Part shown: positions 15,001-30,657 of the stretch, one piece after another
Numbering within the stretch: the first letter of the stretch is position 1
Layout of the letters: the number at the start of each line of letters is the position of its first letter
From: Eledone cirrhosa
Taxonomy: Eukaryota
NCBI GenBank assembly: GCA_964016885.1
Contig: OZ024754.1
Location: forward strand, 24,614,001 to 24,678,000
DNA length: 64,000 nucleotides
Direction: 5' to 3'
The notes under the pieces: model-generated
Databases searched by the model: none
Seen by the model: the letters and a program-made list of their open reading frames with translations, nothing else
What the model was told of the DNA's origin: nothing
Made by a program: the position numbers and the translations under genes

Positions 15001-18000
15001 ACAGATAAGGCTACAGAACTACAGATAAGGCTACAGATCTACAGATAGGTCTACAGATAGGGCTACATATCTACAAATTGGTCTACAGTTAGGGCTACAG
15101 ATAGGGCTACAGATCTACAGATAAAGCTACAGATCTACAGATAAGGCTACAGATTTACAGATAAGGCTACAGATCTACAGATAGGGCTACAGATCTACAG
15201 ATAGGGCTACAGATCTACAGATAGGGCTACAGAACTTCAGATCTAAAGATAACGCTACAGATCTACATATAGGTCTACAGATAGGGCTACAGATAGAGCT
15301 ACAGATCTACCGATAAGGCTAGAGATCTACAGATAGGGCTACAGATCTACAGACAAGGCTACAGAACCTCAGATAAGGCTACAGATCTACGGATAAGGGT
15401 ACAGATCTACCGATAGGGCTACAGATTTACAGATAGGGCTAATATATCTACAGATTGGGCTACAGATCTACAGATAGGGCTACAGATCTACAGATAGGGC
15501 TACATATTTACAAATCTACAGATAAGGCTACAGATCTACAGATATGGCTACAGATCTACAGATAAGGCTACAGATCTAAAGATAAAGCTACAGATCTACA
15601 GATAAATCTACAGATCTACAGATAGGGCTACATATCTAATGATAGCGCTACTGATAGGGCTGCCGATCTACTGTTAAGGCTACAGATCTACAGTTAGGGC
15701 TACAGATATACAGACAAGGCTACAGATCTACAGATCTACAGATCTACAGATAAGGCTACAGATATACAGGTAATGCAACAGATTTACAGGTAATGCAACA
15801 GATCTACAGATAAGGCTACAGATCTATAGATAGGGCTGCAGATCTACATATAAGGCTACAGATCTTCAGATAAAGCTACAAATCGACAGATAAAGTTACA
15901 GATCTACAGATAAAGCTACAGATCTACAGATAATGCTACTGATCTACAGATAAAGCTACAGATTTACAGATAAAGCTACAGATCTACAGATAGGGCTACA
16001 GATAGGGCTACAGATCGACAGATAAAGCTACAGATTTACAGATAACGCTACAGATCTATAGGTATGCAACATATCTATAGATAAGGCTACAGATCTATAG
16101 AAAGGGCTGCAGATATACATATAAGGCTACAGATCTTCAGATAAAGCTACAAATCGACAGATAAAGTTACAGATCTACAGATAAAGCTGCAGATCTACAG
16201 ATAAAGCTACAGATCTAAAGATAAAGCTACAGATCTACAGATAAAGCTACAGATCTACAGATAAAGCTACAAATCTACAGATAAACCTACAGATTTAAAG
16301 ATAAAGCCTACAGATCTACAGATAAAGCTACAGAACTACAGATAGGGCTACAGAATCTACAGATGTGGCCACAGATCTACAGATAAGACTTCAGATCTAG
16401 AGTTAGGGCTACAGATATACAGTTAAGGCTACAGATCTACAGCTAGGGCTACAGATCTACAGATCTACAGATAAGGCTACAGATCTACAGATAGGGCTAC
16501 AGATCTATAGATAAGGCTACAGATCTACATATAGGGCTACAGATCTACAGACAAGGCTACAGATCTACAGATAGGGCTATAGATCTTCAGATAAGGCTAC
16601 AGATCTACAGATAAGTCTACAGATCTACAGATAGGGCTACAGATAGGGCTACAGATCGACAGATAAAGCTACAGATCTAAAGATAAAGCTACAGATCTAC
16701 AGATAAAGCTACAGATCTACAGATAAAGCTACAGATCTAAAGATAAAGCTTCAGATCTACAGATACATCTACAGATCTACAGATAGGGCTACATATCTAA
16801 TGATAGCGCTACAGATCTACAGATAGGTCTACAGATAGGGCTACAGATCTACAGATAGGGCTACAGATAGGGTTACAGATCTACACATAGGGCTACAGAT
16901 ATACAGATAGGGCTACAGATCTACAGATAGGGCTACAGATCTACAGATCTACAGTTAAGGCTACAGATCTACAGATAATGCTACAGATCTACAGACAAGG
17001 CTATATATCTACAGATAGGGCTACAGATCTACAAATAGGTCTACATATAGGGCTACAGATAGGGTTACAGATCTACAGATAAAGCTACAGATCTACAGAT
17101 AAGGCTACAGATCTGCAGATAATGCTACAGATCTACGGATAGGGCTACAGATCTACAGATAGGGCTACATATATACAGATAAGGCTACAGATCTACAGAT
17201 AGGGCTACAGATCTATAGATAAGGCTACAGATCTACATATAGGGCTACAGTTCTACAGACAAGGTTACAGATCTACAGATAGGGCTACAGATCTTCAGAT
17301 AAGGCTACAGATCTACAGATAATTCTACAGATCTACAGATAGGGCTACAGATAGGGCTACAGATCGACAGATAATGTTACAGATCTACAGATAACGCTAC
17401 AGATCTATAGGTAATGCAACAGATCTATAGATAAGGCTACAGATCTATAGAAAGGGCTGCAGATATACATATAAGGCTACAGATCTTCAGATAAAGCTAC
17501 AAATCGACAGATAAAGTTACAGATCTACAGATAAAGCTATAGATCTACAGATAAAGCTACAGATCTAAAGATAAAGCTACTGATCTACAGATAAAGCTAC
17601 AGATCTACAGATAAAGCTACAGATCTACAGATAAACCTACAGATTTAAAGATAAAGCCTACAGATCTACAGATAAAGCTACAGAACTACAGATAGGGCTA
17701 CAGAATCTACAGATGTGGCCACAGATCTACAGATAAGACTTCAGATCTAGAGTTAGGGCTACAGATATACAGTTAAGACTACAGATCTACAGCTAGGGCT
17801 ACAGATCTACAGATCTACAGATAAGGCTACAGATCTACAGATAATGCAACAGATCTACAGATGAGGCTACAGATCTACAGATAGGGCTGCAGATCTACAG
17901 ATAAGGCTACAGATCTTCCGATAAAGCTACAAATCGACAGATAAAGCTACAGATCTACAGATAAAGCTACAGATCTAAAGATAAAGCTACAGATCTACAG

Positions 18001-21000
18001 ATAAAGCTACAGATCTACAGATAAAGCTAAAGATCTAAAGATAAAGCTGCAGTTCTACAGATAAAGCTACAGATCTACAGATAAAGCTACAGATCTACAG
18101 ATATAGCTACAGATCTAAAGATAAAGCCTACAGATCTACAGATAAAGCTACAGAACTACAGATAGGGCTACAGAATCTACAGATGTGGCCACAGATCTAC
18201 AGATATGACTGCAGATCTACAGATAAGGCTACAGATCTACAGCTAGGGCTACAGATATACAGATAAAGCTACAGATCTACAGCTAGGGCTACAGATCTAC
18301 AGATCTACAAATAAGGCTACAGATCTGCAGATAATGCAACAGATCTACAGATGAGGCTACAGATCTACAGATAGGGCTGCAGATCTACAGATAAGGCTAC
18401 AGATCTTCAGATAAAGCTACAAATCGACAGATAAAGCTACAGATCTAAAGATAAAGCTACAGATCTACAGATAAAGCTACAGATCTACAGATAAAGCTAC
18501 AGATCTAAAGATAAAGCTACAGATCTACAGATAAATCTACAGATCTACAGATAGGGCTACATATCTAATGATAACGCTACAGATCTACAGATAGGTCTAC
18601 AGATAGGGCTACAGATCTACAGATAGGGCTACAGATAGGGTTACAGATATACACATAGGGCTACAGATATACAGATAGGGCTACAGATCTACAGATAGGG
18701 CTACAGATCTACAAATAGGTCTACATATAGGGCTACAGATCTACAGATAATGCTACAGATCTATAGATACGGCTACAGATCTACAGATAGGGCTACAGAT
18801 ATACAGATATGGCTACAGATCTACAGATAGGGCTACAGATCTATAGATAAGGCTACAGATCTACATATAGGGCTACAGATCTACAGACAAGGTTACAGAT
18901 CTACAGATAGGGCTACAGATCTTCAGATAAGGCTACAGATCTACAGATAATTCTACAGATCTACAGATAGCGCTACATATAGGGCTACAGATCGACAGAT
19001 AAAGCTACAGATCTACAGATAACGATACAGATCTATAGGTAATGCAACAGATCTACAGATAAGGCTACAGATCTATAGAAAGGGCTGCAGATATACATAT
19101 AAGGCTACAGATCGTCAGATAAAGCTACAAATCGACAGATAAAGTTACAGATCTACAGATAAAGCTACAGATCTACAGATAAAGCTACAGATCTAAAGAT
19201 AAAGCTACATATCTACAGATAAAGCTACAGATCTATAGATAAAGCTACAGATCTACAGATAAACCTACAGATTTAAAGATAAAGCCTACAGATCTACAGA
19301 TAAAGCTACAGAACTACAGATAGGGCTACAGAATCTACAGATGTGGCCACAGATCTACAGATAAGACTTCAGATCTAGAGTTAGGGCTACAGATATACAG
19401 TTAAGGCTACAGATCTACAGCTAGGGCTACAGATCTACAGATCTACAGATAAGGCTACAGATCTACAGATAGGGCTACAGATCTATAGATAAGGCTACAG
19501 ATCTACATATAGGGCTACAGATCTACAGACAAGGCTACAGATCTACAGATAGGGCTACAGATCTTCAGATAAGGCTACAGATCTACAGATAAGTCTACAG
19601 ATCTACAGATAGGGCTACAGATAGGGCTACAGATCGACAGATAAAGCTACAGATCTAAAGATAAAGCTACAGATCTACAGATAAAGCTACAGATCTACAG
19701 ATAAAGCTACAGATCTAAAGATAAAGCTACAGATCTACAGATAAATCTACAGATCTACAGATAGGGCTACATATCTAATGATAACGCTACAGATCTACAG
19801 ATAGGTCTACAGATAGGGCTACAGATCTACAGATATTGCTACAGATAGGGTTACAGATATACACATAGGGCTACAGATATACAGATAGGGCTACAGATCT
19901 ACAGATAGGGCTACAGATCTACAAATAGGTCTACATATAGGGCTACAGATCTACAGATAATGCTACAGATCTATAGATACGGCTACAGATCTACAGATAG
20001 GGCTACAGATATACAGATATGGCTACAGATCTACAGATAGGGCTACAGATCTATAGATAAGGCTACAGATCTACATATAGGGCTACAGATCTACAGACAA
20101 GGTTACAGATCTACAGATAGGGCTACAGATCTTCAGATAAGGCTACAGATCTACAGATAATTCTACAGATCTACAGATAGCGCTACATATAGGGCTACAG
20201 ATCGACAGATAAAGCTACAGATCTACAGATAACGATACAGATCTATAGGTAATGCAACAGATCTACAGATAAGGCTACAGATCTATAGAAAGGGCTGCAG
20301 ATATACATATAAGGCTACAGATCGTCAGATAAAGCTACAAATCGACAGATAAAGTTACAGATCTACAGATAAAGCTACAGATCTACAGATAAAGCTACAG
20401 ATCTAAAGATAAAGCTACATATCTACAGATAAAGCTACAGATCTATAGATAAAGCTACAGATCTACAGATAAACCTACAGATTTAAAGATAAAGCCTACA
20501 GATCTACAGATAAAGCTACAGAACTACAGATAGGGCTACAGAATCTACAGATGTGGCCACAGATCTACAGATAAGACTTCAGATCTAGAGTTAGGGCTAC
20601 AGATATACAGTTAAGGCTACAGATCTACAGCTAGGGCTACAGATCTACAGATCTACAGATAAGGCTACAGATCTACAGATAGGGCTACAGATCTATAGAT
20701 AAGGCTACAGATCTACATATAGGGCTACAGATCTACAGACAAGGCTACAGATCTACAGATAGGGCTACAGATCTTCAGATAAGGCTACAGATCTACAGAT
20801 AAGTCTACAGATCTACAGATAGGGCTACAGATAGGGCTACAGATCGACAGATAAAGCTACAGATTTACAGATAACGCTACAGATCTATAGGTAATGCAAC
20901 AGATCTATAGATAAGGCTACAGATCTATAGAAAGCGCTGCAGATATACATATAAGGCTACAGATCTTCAGATAAATCTACAAATCGACAGATAAAGTTAC

Positions 21001-24000
21001 AGATCTACAGATAAAGCTACAGATCTACAGATAAAGCTACAGATCTAAAGATAAAGCTACAGATCTACAGATAAATCTACAGATCTACAGATAAAGCTAC
21101 AGATCTACAGATAAACCTACAGATTTAAAGATAAAGCCTACAGATCTACAGATAACGCTACAGAACTACAGATAGGGCTACAGAATCTACAGATGTGGCC
21201 ACAGATCTACAGATAAGACTTCAGATCTAGAGTTAGGGCTACAGATCTACAGATCTACAGATAAGGCTACAGATCTACAGATAATGCAACAGATCTACAG
21301 ATGAGGCTACAGATCTACAGATAGGGCTGCAGATCTACAGATAAGGCTACAGATCTTCAGATAAAGCTACAAATCGACAGATAATGCTACAGATCTAAAG
21401 ATAAAGCTACAGATCTACAGATAAAGCTACAGATCTACAGATAAAGCTACAGATCTAAAGATAAAGCTTCAGATCTACAGATAAATCTACAGATCTACAG
21501 ATAGGGCTACATATCTAATGATAGCGCTACAGATCTACAGATAGGTCTACAGATAGGGCTACAGATCTACAGATAGGGCTACAGATAGGGTTACAGATCT
21601 ACAAATAGGGCTACAGATATACAGATAGGGCTACAGATCTACAGATAGTGCTACAGATCTACAGATCTACAGATAAGGCTGCAGATCTACAGATAATGCT
21701 ACAGATCTACAGACAAGGCTATAGATCTACAGATAGGGCTACAGATCTACAAATAGGTCTACATATAGGGCTACAGATATGGTTACAGATCTACACATAG
21801 GGCTCCAGTTCTACAGATAAAGCTACAGATCTACAGATAAGGCTACAGATCTACAGATAGGGCTACAGATATACAGATAAGGCTACAGATCTACAGATAG
21901 GGCTACAGATCTATAGATAAGGCTACAGATCTACATATAGGGCTACAGATCTACAGACAAGGCTACAGATCTACAGATAGGGCTACAGATCTACAGATAA
22001 GGCTACAGATCTACAGATAATTCTACAGATCTACAGATAGGGTTACAGATAGGGCTACAGATCGACAGATAAAGCTACAGATCTACAGATAAGGCTACAG
22101 ATCTACAGATAAGGCTACAGATCTACAGATCAGGCTACAGGTCTACAAATAGGGCTACAGATATACAGATAAGGCTACAGATCTACAGATAGGGCTACTG
22201 ATCTACAGATCTACAGATAACGCTACAGATCTACATATAGGTCTACAGATAGGGCTGCAGATAGAGTTGCAGATCTACAGATAAGGCTACAGATCTACAG
22301 ATAGGGCTACAGATCTACAGACAAGGTTAGAGAACCTCAGATAAGGCTACAGATCTACAGATAAAGGTACAGATCTACAGATAGGGTTACAGATCTACAG
22401 ATAGGGCTAATATATCTACAGATTGGGCTACAGATCCACAGATAAGGTACAGATCTACAGATAAGGCTACAGATTTACAGATAAGGCTACAGATCTACAG
22501 TTAGGGCTACAGATCTAGCGTTAAGGCTACAGATCTACAGATAAGGCTACTGATCTACAGATAAGGATACATATCTACAGATACGGCTACAGATATACAG
22601 ATAAAGCTACAAATCTACAGAGAGGGCTACATATTTACAAATCTACAGATAAGACTACATATATACAGATAAGCCTACAGATCTACAGATAAGGCTACAG
22701 ATCTACAGATAGGGCAGCCGATCTACAGATAAGGCTACAGATCTACAGATAAAGCTACAGATGGACATATAAAGCTACAGATCTACAGATAAGCTACAGA
22801 TCTAAAGATAAAGCTACAGATCTACAGATAAAGCTACAGATCTACAGAGAGGGCTACAGATCTACAGATAAGGCCACAGATCTACAGATAAGACTGCAGA
22901 TCTACAGATAAGGCTACAGATCTACAGTTAGAACTACAGATATACAGATAAGGCTACAGATCTTCAGATAAAGCTACAAATCGACAGATAAATCTACAGA
23001 TCTAAAGATAAAGCTACAGATCTACAGATAAAGCTACAGATCTAAAGATAAAGCTACAGATCTACAGATAAATCTACAGATCTACAGATAGGGCTACATA
23101 TCTAATGATAGCGCTACAGATCTACAGATAGGTCTACAGATAGGGCTACAGATCTAAAGATAGGGCTACAGATAGGGTTACAGATCTACACATAGGGCTA
23201 CAGATATACAGATAGGGCTACAGATCTACAGACAGGGCTACAGATCTACAGATCTACAGATAAGGCTACAGATCTACAGATAATGCTACAGATCTTCAGA
23301 CAAGGCTATATATCTACAGATAGGGCTACAGATCTACAAATAGGTCTACATATAGGGCTACAGATAGGGTTACAGATCTACACATAGGGCTACAGATCTA
23401 CAATTAAAGCTACAGATCTACAGAGAAGGCTACAGATCTGCAGATATTGCTACAGATCTACAGATAGGGCTACAGATCTACAGATAGGGCTACAGATATA
23501 CAGATAAGGCTACAGATCTACAGATAGGGCTACAGATATACAGATAGGGCTACAGAATCTACAGATGTGGCCACAGATCTACAGATAAGACTTCAGATCT
23601 AGAGTTAGGGCTACAGATATACAGTTAAGGCTACAGATCTACAGCTAGGGCTACAGATCTACAGATCTACAGATAAGGCTACAGATCTACAGATAATGCA
23701 ACAGATCTACAGATGAGGCTACAGATCTACAGATAGGGCTACAGATATACAGACAAGGCTACAGATCTACAGATAGGTCTACAGATCTTCAGATAAGGCT
23801 ACAGATCTACAGATAATTCTACAGATCTACAGATAGGGCTACAGATAGGACTACAGATCGACATATAAAGCTACAGATCTACAGATAACGCTACAGATCT
23901 ATAGGTAATGCAACAGATCTATAGATAAGGCTACAGATCTATAGAAAGGGCTGCAGATATACATATAAGGCTACAGATCTTCAGATAAAGCTACAAATCG

Positions 24001-27000
24001 ACAGATAAAGTTACAGATCTACAGATAAAGCTACAGATCTACAGATAAAGCTACAGATCTAAAGATAAAGCTACAGATCTACAGATAAAGCTACAGATCT
24101 ACAGATAAAGCTACAGATCTACAGATAAACCTACAGATTTAAAGATAAAGCCTACAGATGTACAGATAAAGCTACAGAACTACAGATAGGGCTACAGAAT
24201 CTACAGATGTGGCCACAGATCTACAGATAAGACTTCAGATCTAGAGGTAGGGCTACAGATATACAGTTAAGGCTACAGATCTACAGCTAGGGCTACAGAT
24301 CTACAGATCTACAGATAAGGCTACAGATCTACAGATAATGCAACAGATCTACAGATGAGGCTACAGATCTACAGATAGGGCTGCAGATCTACAGATAAGG
24401 CTACAGATCTTCAGATAAAGCTACAAATCGACAGATAAAGCTACAGATCTAAAGATAAAGCTACAGATCTACAGATAAAGCTACAGATCTACAGATAAAG
24501 CTACAGATCTAAAGATAAAGCTACAGATCTACAGATAAATCTACAGATCTACAGATAGGGCTACATATCTAATGATAGCGCTACAGATCTACAGATAGGT
24601 CTACAGATAGGGCTACAGATCTACAGATAGGGCTACAGATAGGGTTACAGATCTACACATAGGGCTACAGATATACAGATAGGGCTACAGATCTACAGAT
24701 AGTGCTACATATCTACAGATAATGCTACAGATCTACAGACAAGGCTATAGATCTACAGATAGGGCTACAGATAGGGTTACAGATCCTCACATAGGGCTAC
24801 AGATCTACAGATAAAGCTACAGATCTACAGATAAGGCTACAGATCTGCAGATAATGCTACAGATCTACAGATAGGGCTACGGATCTACAGATAGGGCTAC
24901 AGATATACAGATAAGGCTACAGATCTACAGATAATGCTACAGATCTACAGACAAGGCTATAGATCTACAGATAGGGCTACAGATAGGGTTACAGATCCTC
25001 ACATAGGGCTACAGATCTACAGATAAAGCTACAGATCTACAGATAAGGCTACAGATCTGCAGATAATGCTACAGATCTACAGATAGGGCTACAGATCTAC
25101 AGATAGGGCTACAGATATACAGATAAGGCTACAGATCTACAGATATGGCTACAGATCTATAGATAAGGCTACAGATCTACATATAGGGCTACAGATCTAC
25201 AGACAAGGCTACAGATCTACAGATAGGGCTACAGATCTACAGATAAGGCTACAGATCTACAGATAAGGCTACAGATCTACAGATAAGGCTACAGATCTAC
25301 AGATAGGGCTACAGATATACAGATAAGGCTACAGATCTTCAGATAGGGCTACTGATCTACAGATCTACAGATAACGCTACAGATCTACATATAGGTCTAC
25401 AGATAGGGCTGCAGATAGAGTTGCAGATCTACAGATAAGGCTACAGATCTACAGATAGGGCTACAGATCTACAGACCAGGTTACAGAACCTCAGATAAGG
25501 CTACAGATCTACAGATAAGGCTACAGATCTACAGCTAGGGCTACAGATCTACAGATCTACAGATAATGCTACAGATCTACAGGTAATGCAACAGATCTAC
25601 AGATAAGGCTACAGATCTATAGATAGGGCTGCAGATCTACAGATAAGGCTACAGATCTTCAGATAAAGCTACAAATCGACAGATAAAGCTACAGATCTAC
25701 AGATAAAGCTACAGATCTAAAGATAAAGCTACAGATATACAGATAAAGCTACAGACTTACAGATAAAGCTACAGATCTAAAGATAAAGCTACAGATCTAC
25801 AGATAAAGCTACAGATCTACAGATAAGGCTACAGATCTACAGATATGTCTACAGATATGGCTATATATGTAAAGATAGCGCTATACATCTACAGATAGGT
25901 CTACAGATAGGGCTACAGGTCTACAGATAGGGCTACAGAACTACAGATAGGGCTACAGATCTACAGATAAGGCTACAGATCTACAGATAAGGCTAAAGAA
26001 CTACAGATAAAGCTAAAGATCTAAATATATGGCTACAGATCTACAGATTAGGCTGCAAATCTACAGATAAGACTACAAATCTACAGATAAGGCTACAGAT
26101 CTACAGATAGGTCTACAGATAGGGCTACAGATCTACAGATAGTGCTACAGATCTACAGATCTACAGATAAGGCTACAGATCTACAGATAATGCTACAGAT
26201 CTACAGACAAGTCTATAGATCTACAGATAGGGCTACAGATCTACAAATAGGTCTACATATAGGGCTACAGATAGGGTTACAGATCTACACATAGGGCTAC
26301 AGATCTACAGATAAAGCTACAGATCTACAGATAAGGCTACAGATCTGCAGATAATGCTACAGATCTACAGATAGGGCTACAGATCTACAGATAGAGCTAC
26401 AGATATACAGATAAGTCTACAGATCTACAGATAGGGCTACAGATCTATAGATAAGGCTACAGATCTACATATAGGGCTACAGATCTACAGACAAGGCTAC
26501 AGATCTACAGATAGGGCTACAGATCTACAGATAAGGCTGCAGATCTACAGATAATTCTACAGATCTACAGATAGGGCTACAGATAGGGCTACAGATCGAC
26601 AGATAAAGCTACAGATCTACAGATAAGGCTACAGATCTACAGATAAGGCTACAGATCTACAGATAAGGCTACAGATCTACAGATAGGGCTACAGATATAC
26701 AGATAAGGCTACAGATCTACAGATAGGGCTACTGATCTACAGATCTACAGATAACGCTACAGATCTACATATAGGTCTACAGATAGGGCTGCAGATAGAG
26801 TTGCAGATCTACAGATAAGGCTACAGATCTACAGATAGGGCTACAGATCTACAGACCAGGTTACAGAACCTCAGATAAGGCTACAGATCTACAGATAAAG
26901 GTACAAATCTACAGATAGGGTTACAGATCTACAGATAGGGCTAATATATCTACAGATTGGGCTACAGATCCACAGATAAGGTACAGATCTACAGATAAGG

Positions 27001-29480
27001 CTACAGATTTACAGATAAGGCTACAGATCTACAGTTAGGGCTACAGATCTAGCGTTAAGGCTGCAGATGTACAGATAAGGCTACTGATCTACAGATAAGG
27101 ATACATATCTACAGATACGGCTACAGATATACAGATAAAGCTACAAATCTACATATAGGGCTACATATTTACAAATCTACAGATAAGGCTACATATATAC
27201 AGATAAGCCTACAGATCTACAGATAAGGCTACAGATCTATAGATAGGGCTGCCGATCTACAGATAAGGCTACAGATCTACAGATAAAGCTACAGATGGAC
27301 ATATAAAGCTACAGATCTACAGATAAGCTACAGATCTAAAGATAAAGCTACAGATCTACAGATAAAGCTACATATCTACAGAGAGGGCTACAGATCTACA
27401 GATAAGGCCACAGATCTACAGATAAGACTGCAGATCTACAGATAAGGCTACAGATCTACAGCTAGGTCTACAGATCTACAGATCTACAGATAATGCTACA
27501 GATCTACAGGTAATGCAACAGATCTACAGATAAGGCTACAGATCTATAGATAGGGCTGCAGATCTACAGATAAGGCTACCGATCTTCAGATAAAGCTACA
27601 GATCTACAGATAAAGCTACAGATCTAAAGATAAAGCTACAGATCTACAGATAAAGCTACAGATTTACAGATAAAGCTACAGATCTAAAGATAAAGCTACA
27701 GATCTACAGATAAGGCTACAGATCTACAGATATGTCTACAGATATGGCTACATATGTAAAGATAGCGCTATACATCTACAGATAGGTCTACAGATAGGGC
27801 TACAGGTCTACAGATAGGGCTACAGAACTACAGATAGGGCTACAGATCTACAGATAAGGCTACAGATCTACAGATAAGGCTAAAGAACAACAGATAAAGC
27901 TAAAGATCTAAATATATGGCTACAGATCTACAGATAAGGCTGCAAATCTACAGATAAGACTACAAATCTACAGATAAGGCTACAGATCTACAGATAGGTC
28001 TACAGATCTACAGATAAGGCTACAGATCTACAGATAGGTCTACAGATCTACAGATAGGTCTACAGATAGGGCTACATATCAAAATATAGGGCTACAGATC
28101 TACAGATAGGGCTTCAGATCTACAGATAGGGCTACAGATCTACAGACAAGGCTATAGATCTACAGATAGGGCTACAGATCTACAGATAAGGCTACAGATA
28201 AGGCTACAGATAAGGCTACAGATCTACAGATAGGGCTACAGATCTACAGATAGGGCTACAGATAAGGCTACATATCTACAGATAAGGCTGCAGATCTACA
28301 GATAGATCTACAGATAGGACTACAGATCTACAAATAGGTCTACAGATCGGGCTACAGATAGGGCTACAGATCTAAGGATAAAGCTACAGATCTTCAGATA
28401 AAGCTACAGATCTACAGATAAGGCTACAGATCTACAGATAGGGCTACAGATCTACAGATAGGGCTACAGATATACAGATAAGGCTACAGATCTACAGATA
28501 GCGCTACAGATTTTCAGATCTACAGATAAGGCTACAAATCTACATATAGGGCTACAGATCTACAGACAAGGCTACAGATCTACAGATAGGGCTACAGATC
28601 TACAGATAAGGCTAGAGATCTACAGATAGGGATACAGATCTACAGATAAGGCTACAGATCTACAGATAGGGCTACAGGTCTACAGAAAAGGCTTCAGAAC
28701 CTCAGATAAGGCTACAGATTTACAGATAAGGCTACAGATCTACAGATAGGGCTACATATCTACAGATAGGGCTACAGATCTACAGATAAGGCTACAGATC
28801 TACAGATAAGGCTACAGATCTACAGATAGGGCTCCCGATCTACAGATAAGGCTACAGATCTACAGATAAAGCTACAGATGGACAGATAAAGCTACAGATC
28901 TACAGATAAAGCTACAGATCTAAAGATAAAGCTACAGATCTACATATAAAGCTACAGATCTACAGATAAAGCTACAGATCTAAAGATAAAGCTACAGATC
29001 TACAGATAAAGCTACATATCTACATATAGGCTACAGATCTACAGATAAGGCCACAGATCTACAGATAAGACTGCAGATCTACAGATAAGGCTACAGATCT
29101 ACAGTTAGGGCTACAGATATACAGATAAGGCTACAGATCTACAGCTAGGGCTACAGATCTACAGATCTACAGATAGGGCTGCAGATCTACAGATAAGGAT
29201 ACAGATCTACAGATAAAGCTACACATCGACAGATAAAGCTACAGATCTACAGATAATGCTACAGATCTAAAGATAATGCTACAGATGTACAGATAAAGCT
29301 ACAGATCTACAGATAAAGCTACAGATCTAAAGATAAAGCTACAGATCTACAGATAAAGCTACAGATCTACAAATAAGACTGCAGCTTTACATATAAGGCT
29401 GCAGATTTACAGATAAGACTGCAGATATACAGATAGGGCTACAGATCTACAGATATGGCTACAGATCTACAGATAAAGCT
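1..29480. repeat. Large satellite array, ~20-bp unit GATCTACA-GATA(A/G)(A/G)GCTACA, with higher-order repeats; runs off the left edge
   Basis: Uninterrupted alternation of 8-mer GATCTACA and 12-mer GATAAGGCTACA/GATAGGGCTACA/GATAAAGCTACA; ends abruptly in (CTT)n. Confidence 0.98.
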
Positions 29481-29569
29481 TCTTCTTCTTCTTCTTCTTC
29501 TTCTTCTTCTTCTTCTTCTTCTTCTTCTTCTTCTTCTTCTTCTTCTTCTTCTTCTTCTTCTTCTTCTTC
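29479..29569. repeat. (CTT)n microsatellite
   Basis: Pure CTT run bordering the satellite. Confidence 0.97.
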
Positions 29570-29819
29570 CCTTCACTATATTAGTTTCTCAGTTGTTGCC
29601 TAAACACCAAAGGACACTACCATAACTTCCCATTCTTCCATTTATTCTTTTATTTATTCATTCTCTTATTTATTTTCTCTTAATTTATCGATGTATTGGT
29701 TTGTATGCTACATTGATCGTTACTTAATAAGACAACCATTATAATGCGTTGCTGTATATCAAGCAACATGTTTATACATATGGTGGGTTGTATAACGATT
29801 ATATATATGTATGTATGTA

Positions 29820-30535
<716 letters not shown>

Positions 30536-30657
30536 ACTGATAGATAGATAGATAGTTATGCACCCCAACTCATTGAGTCTGTTATATATATATATATACA
30601 TATCTATAACAGGCTCAATGAGGTGGTGCATAACCCAACTTACCTTAAGTACCTTTA

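Noticed and set aside
1-29480. Telomere-derived origin of the satellite (occasional TTAGGG)
   Set aside because: TTAGGG arises only as a sporadic point variant of ATAGGG, never in tandem
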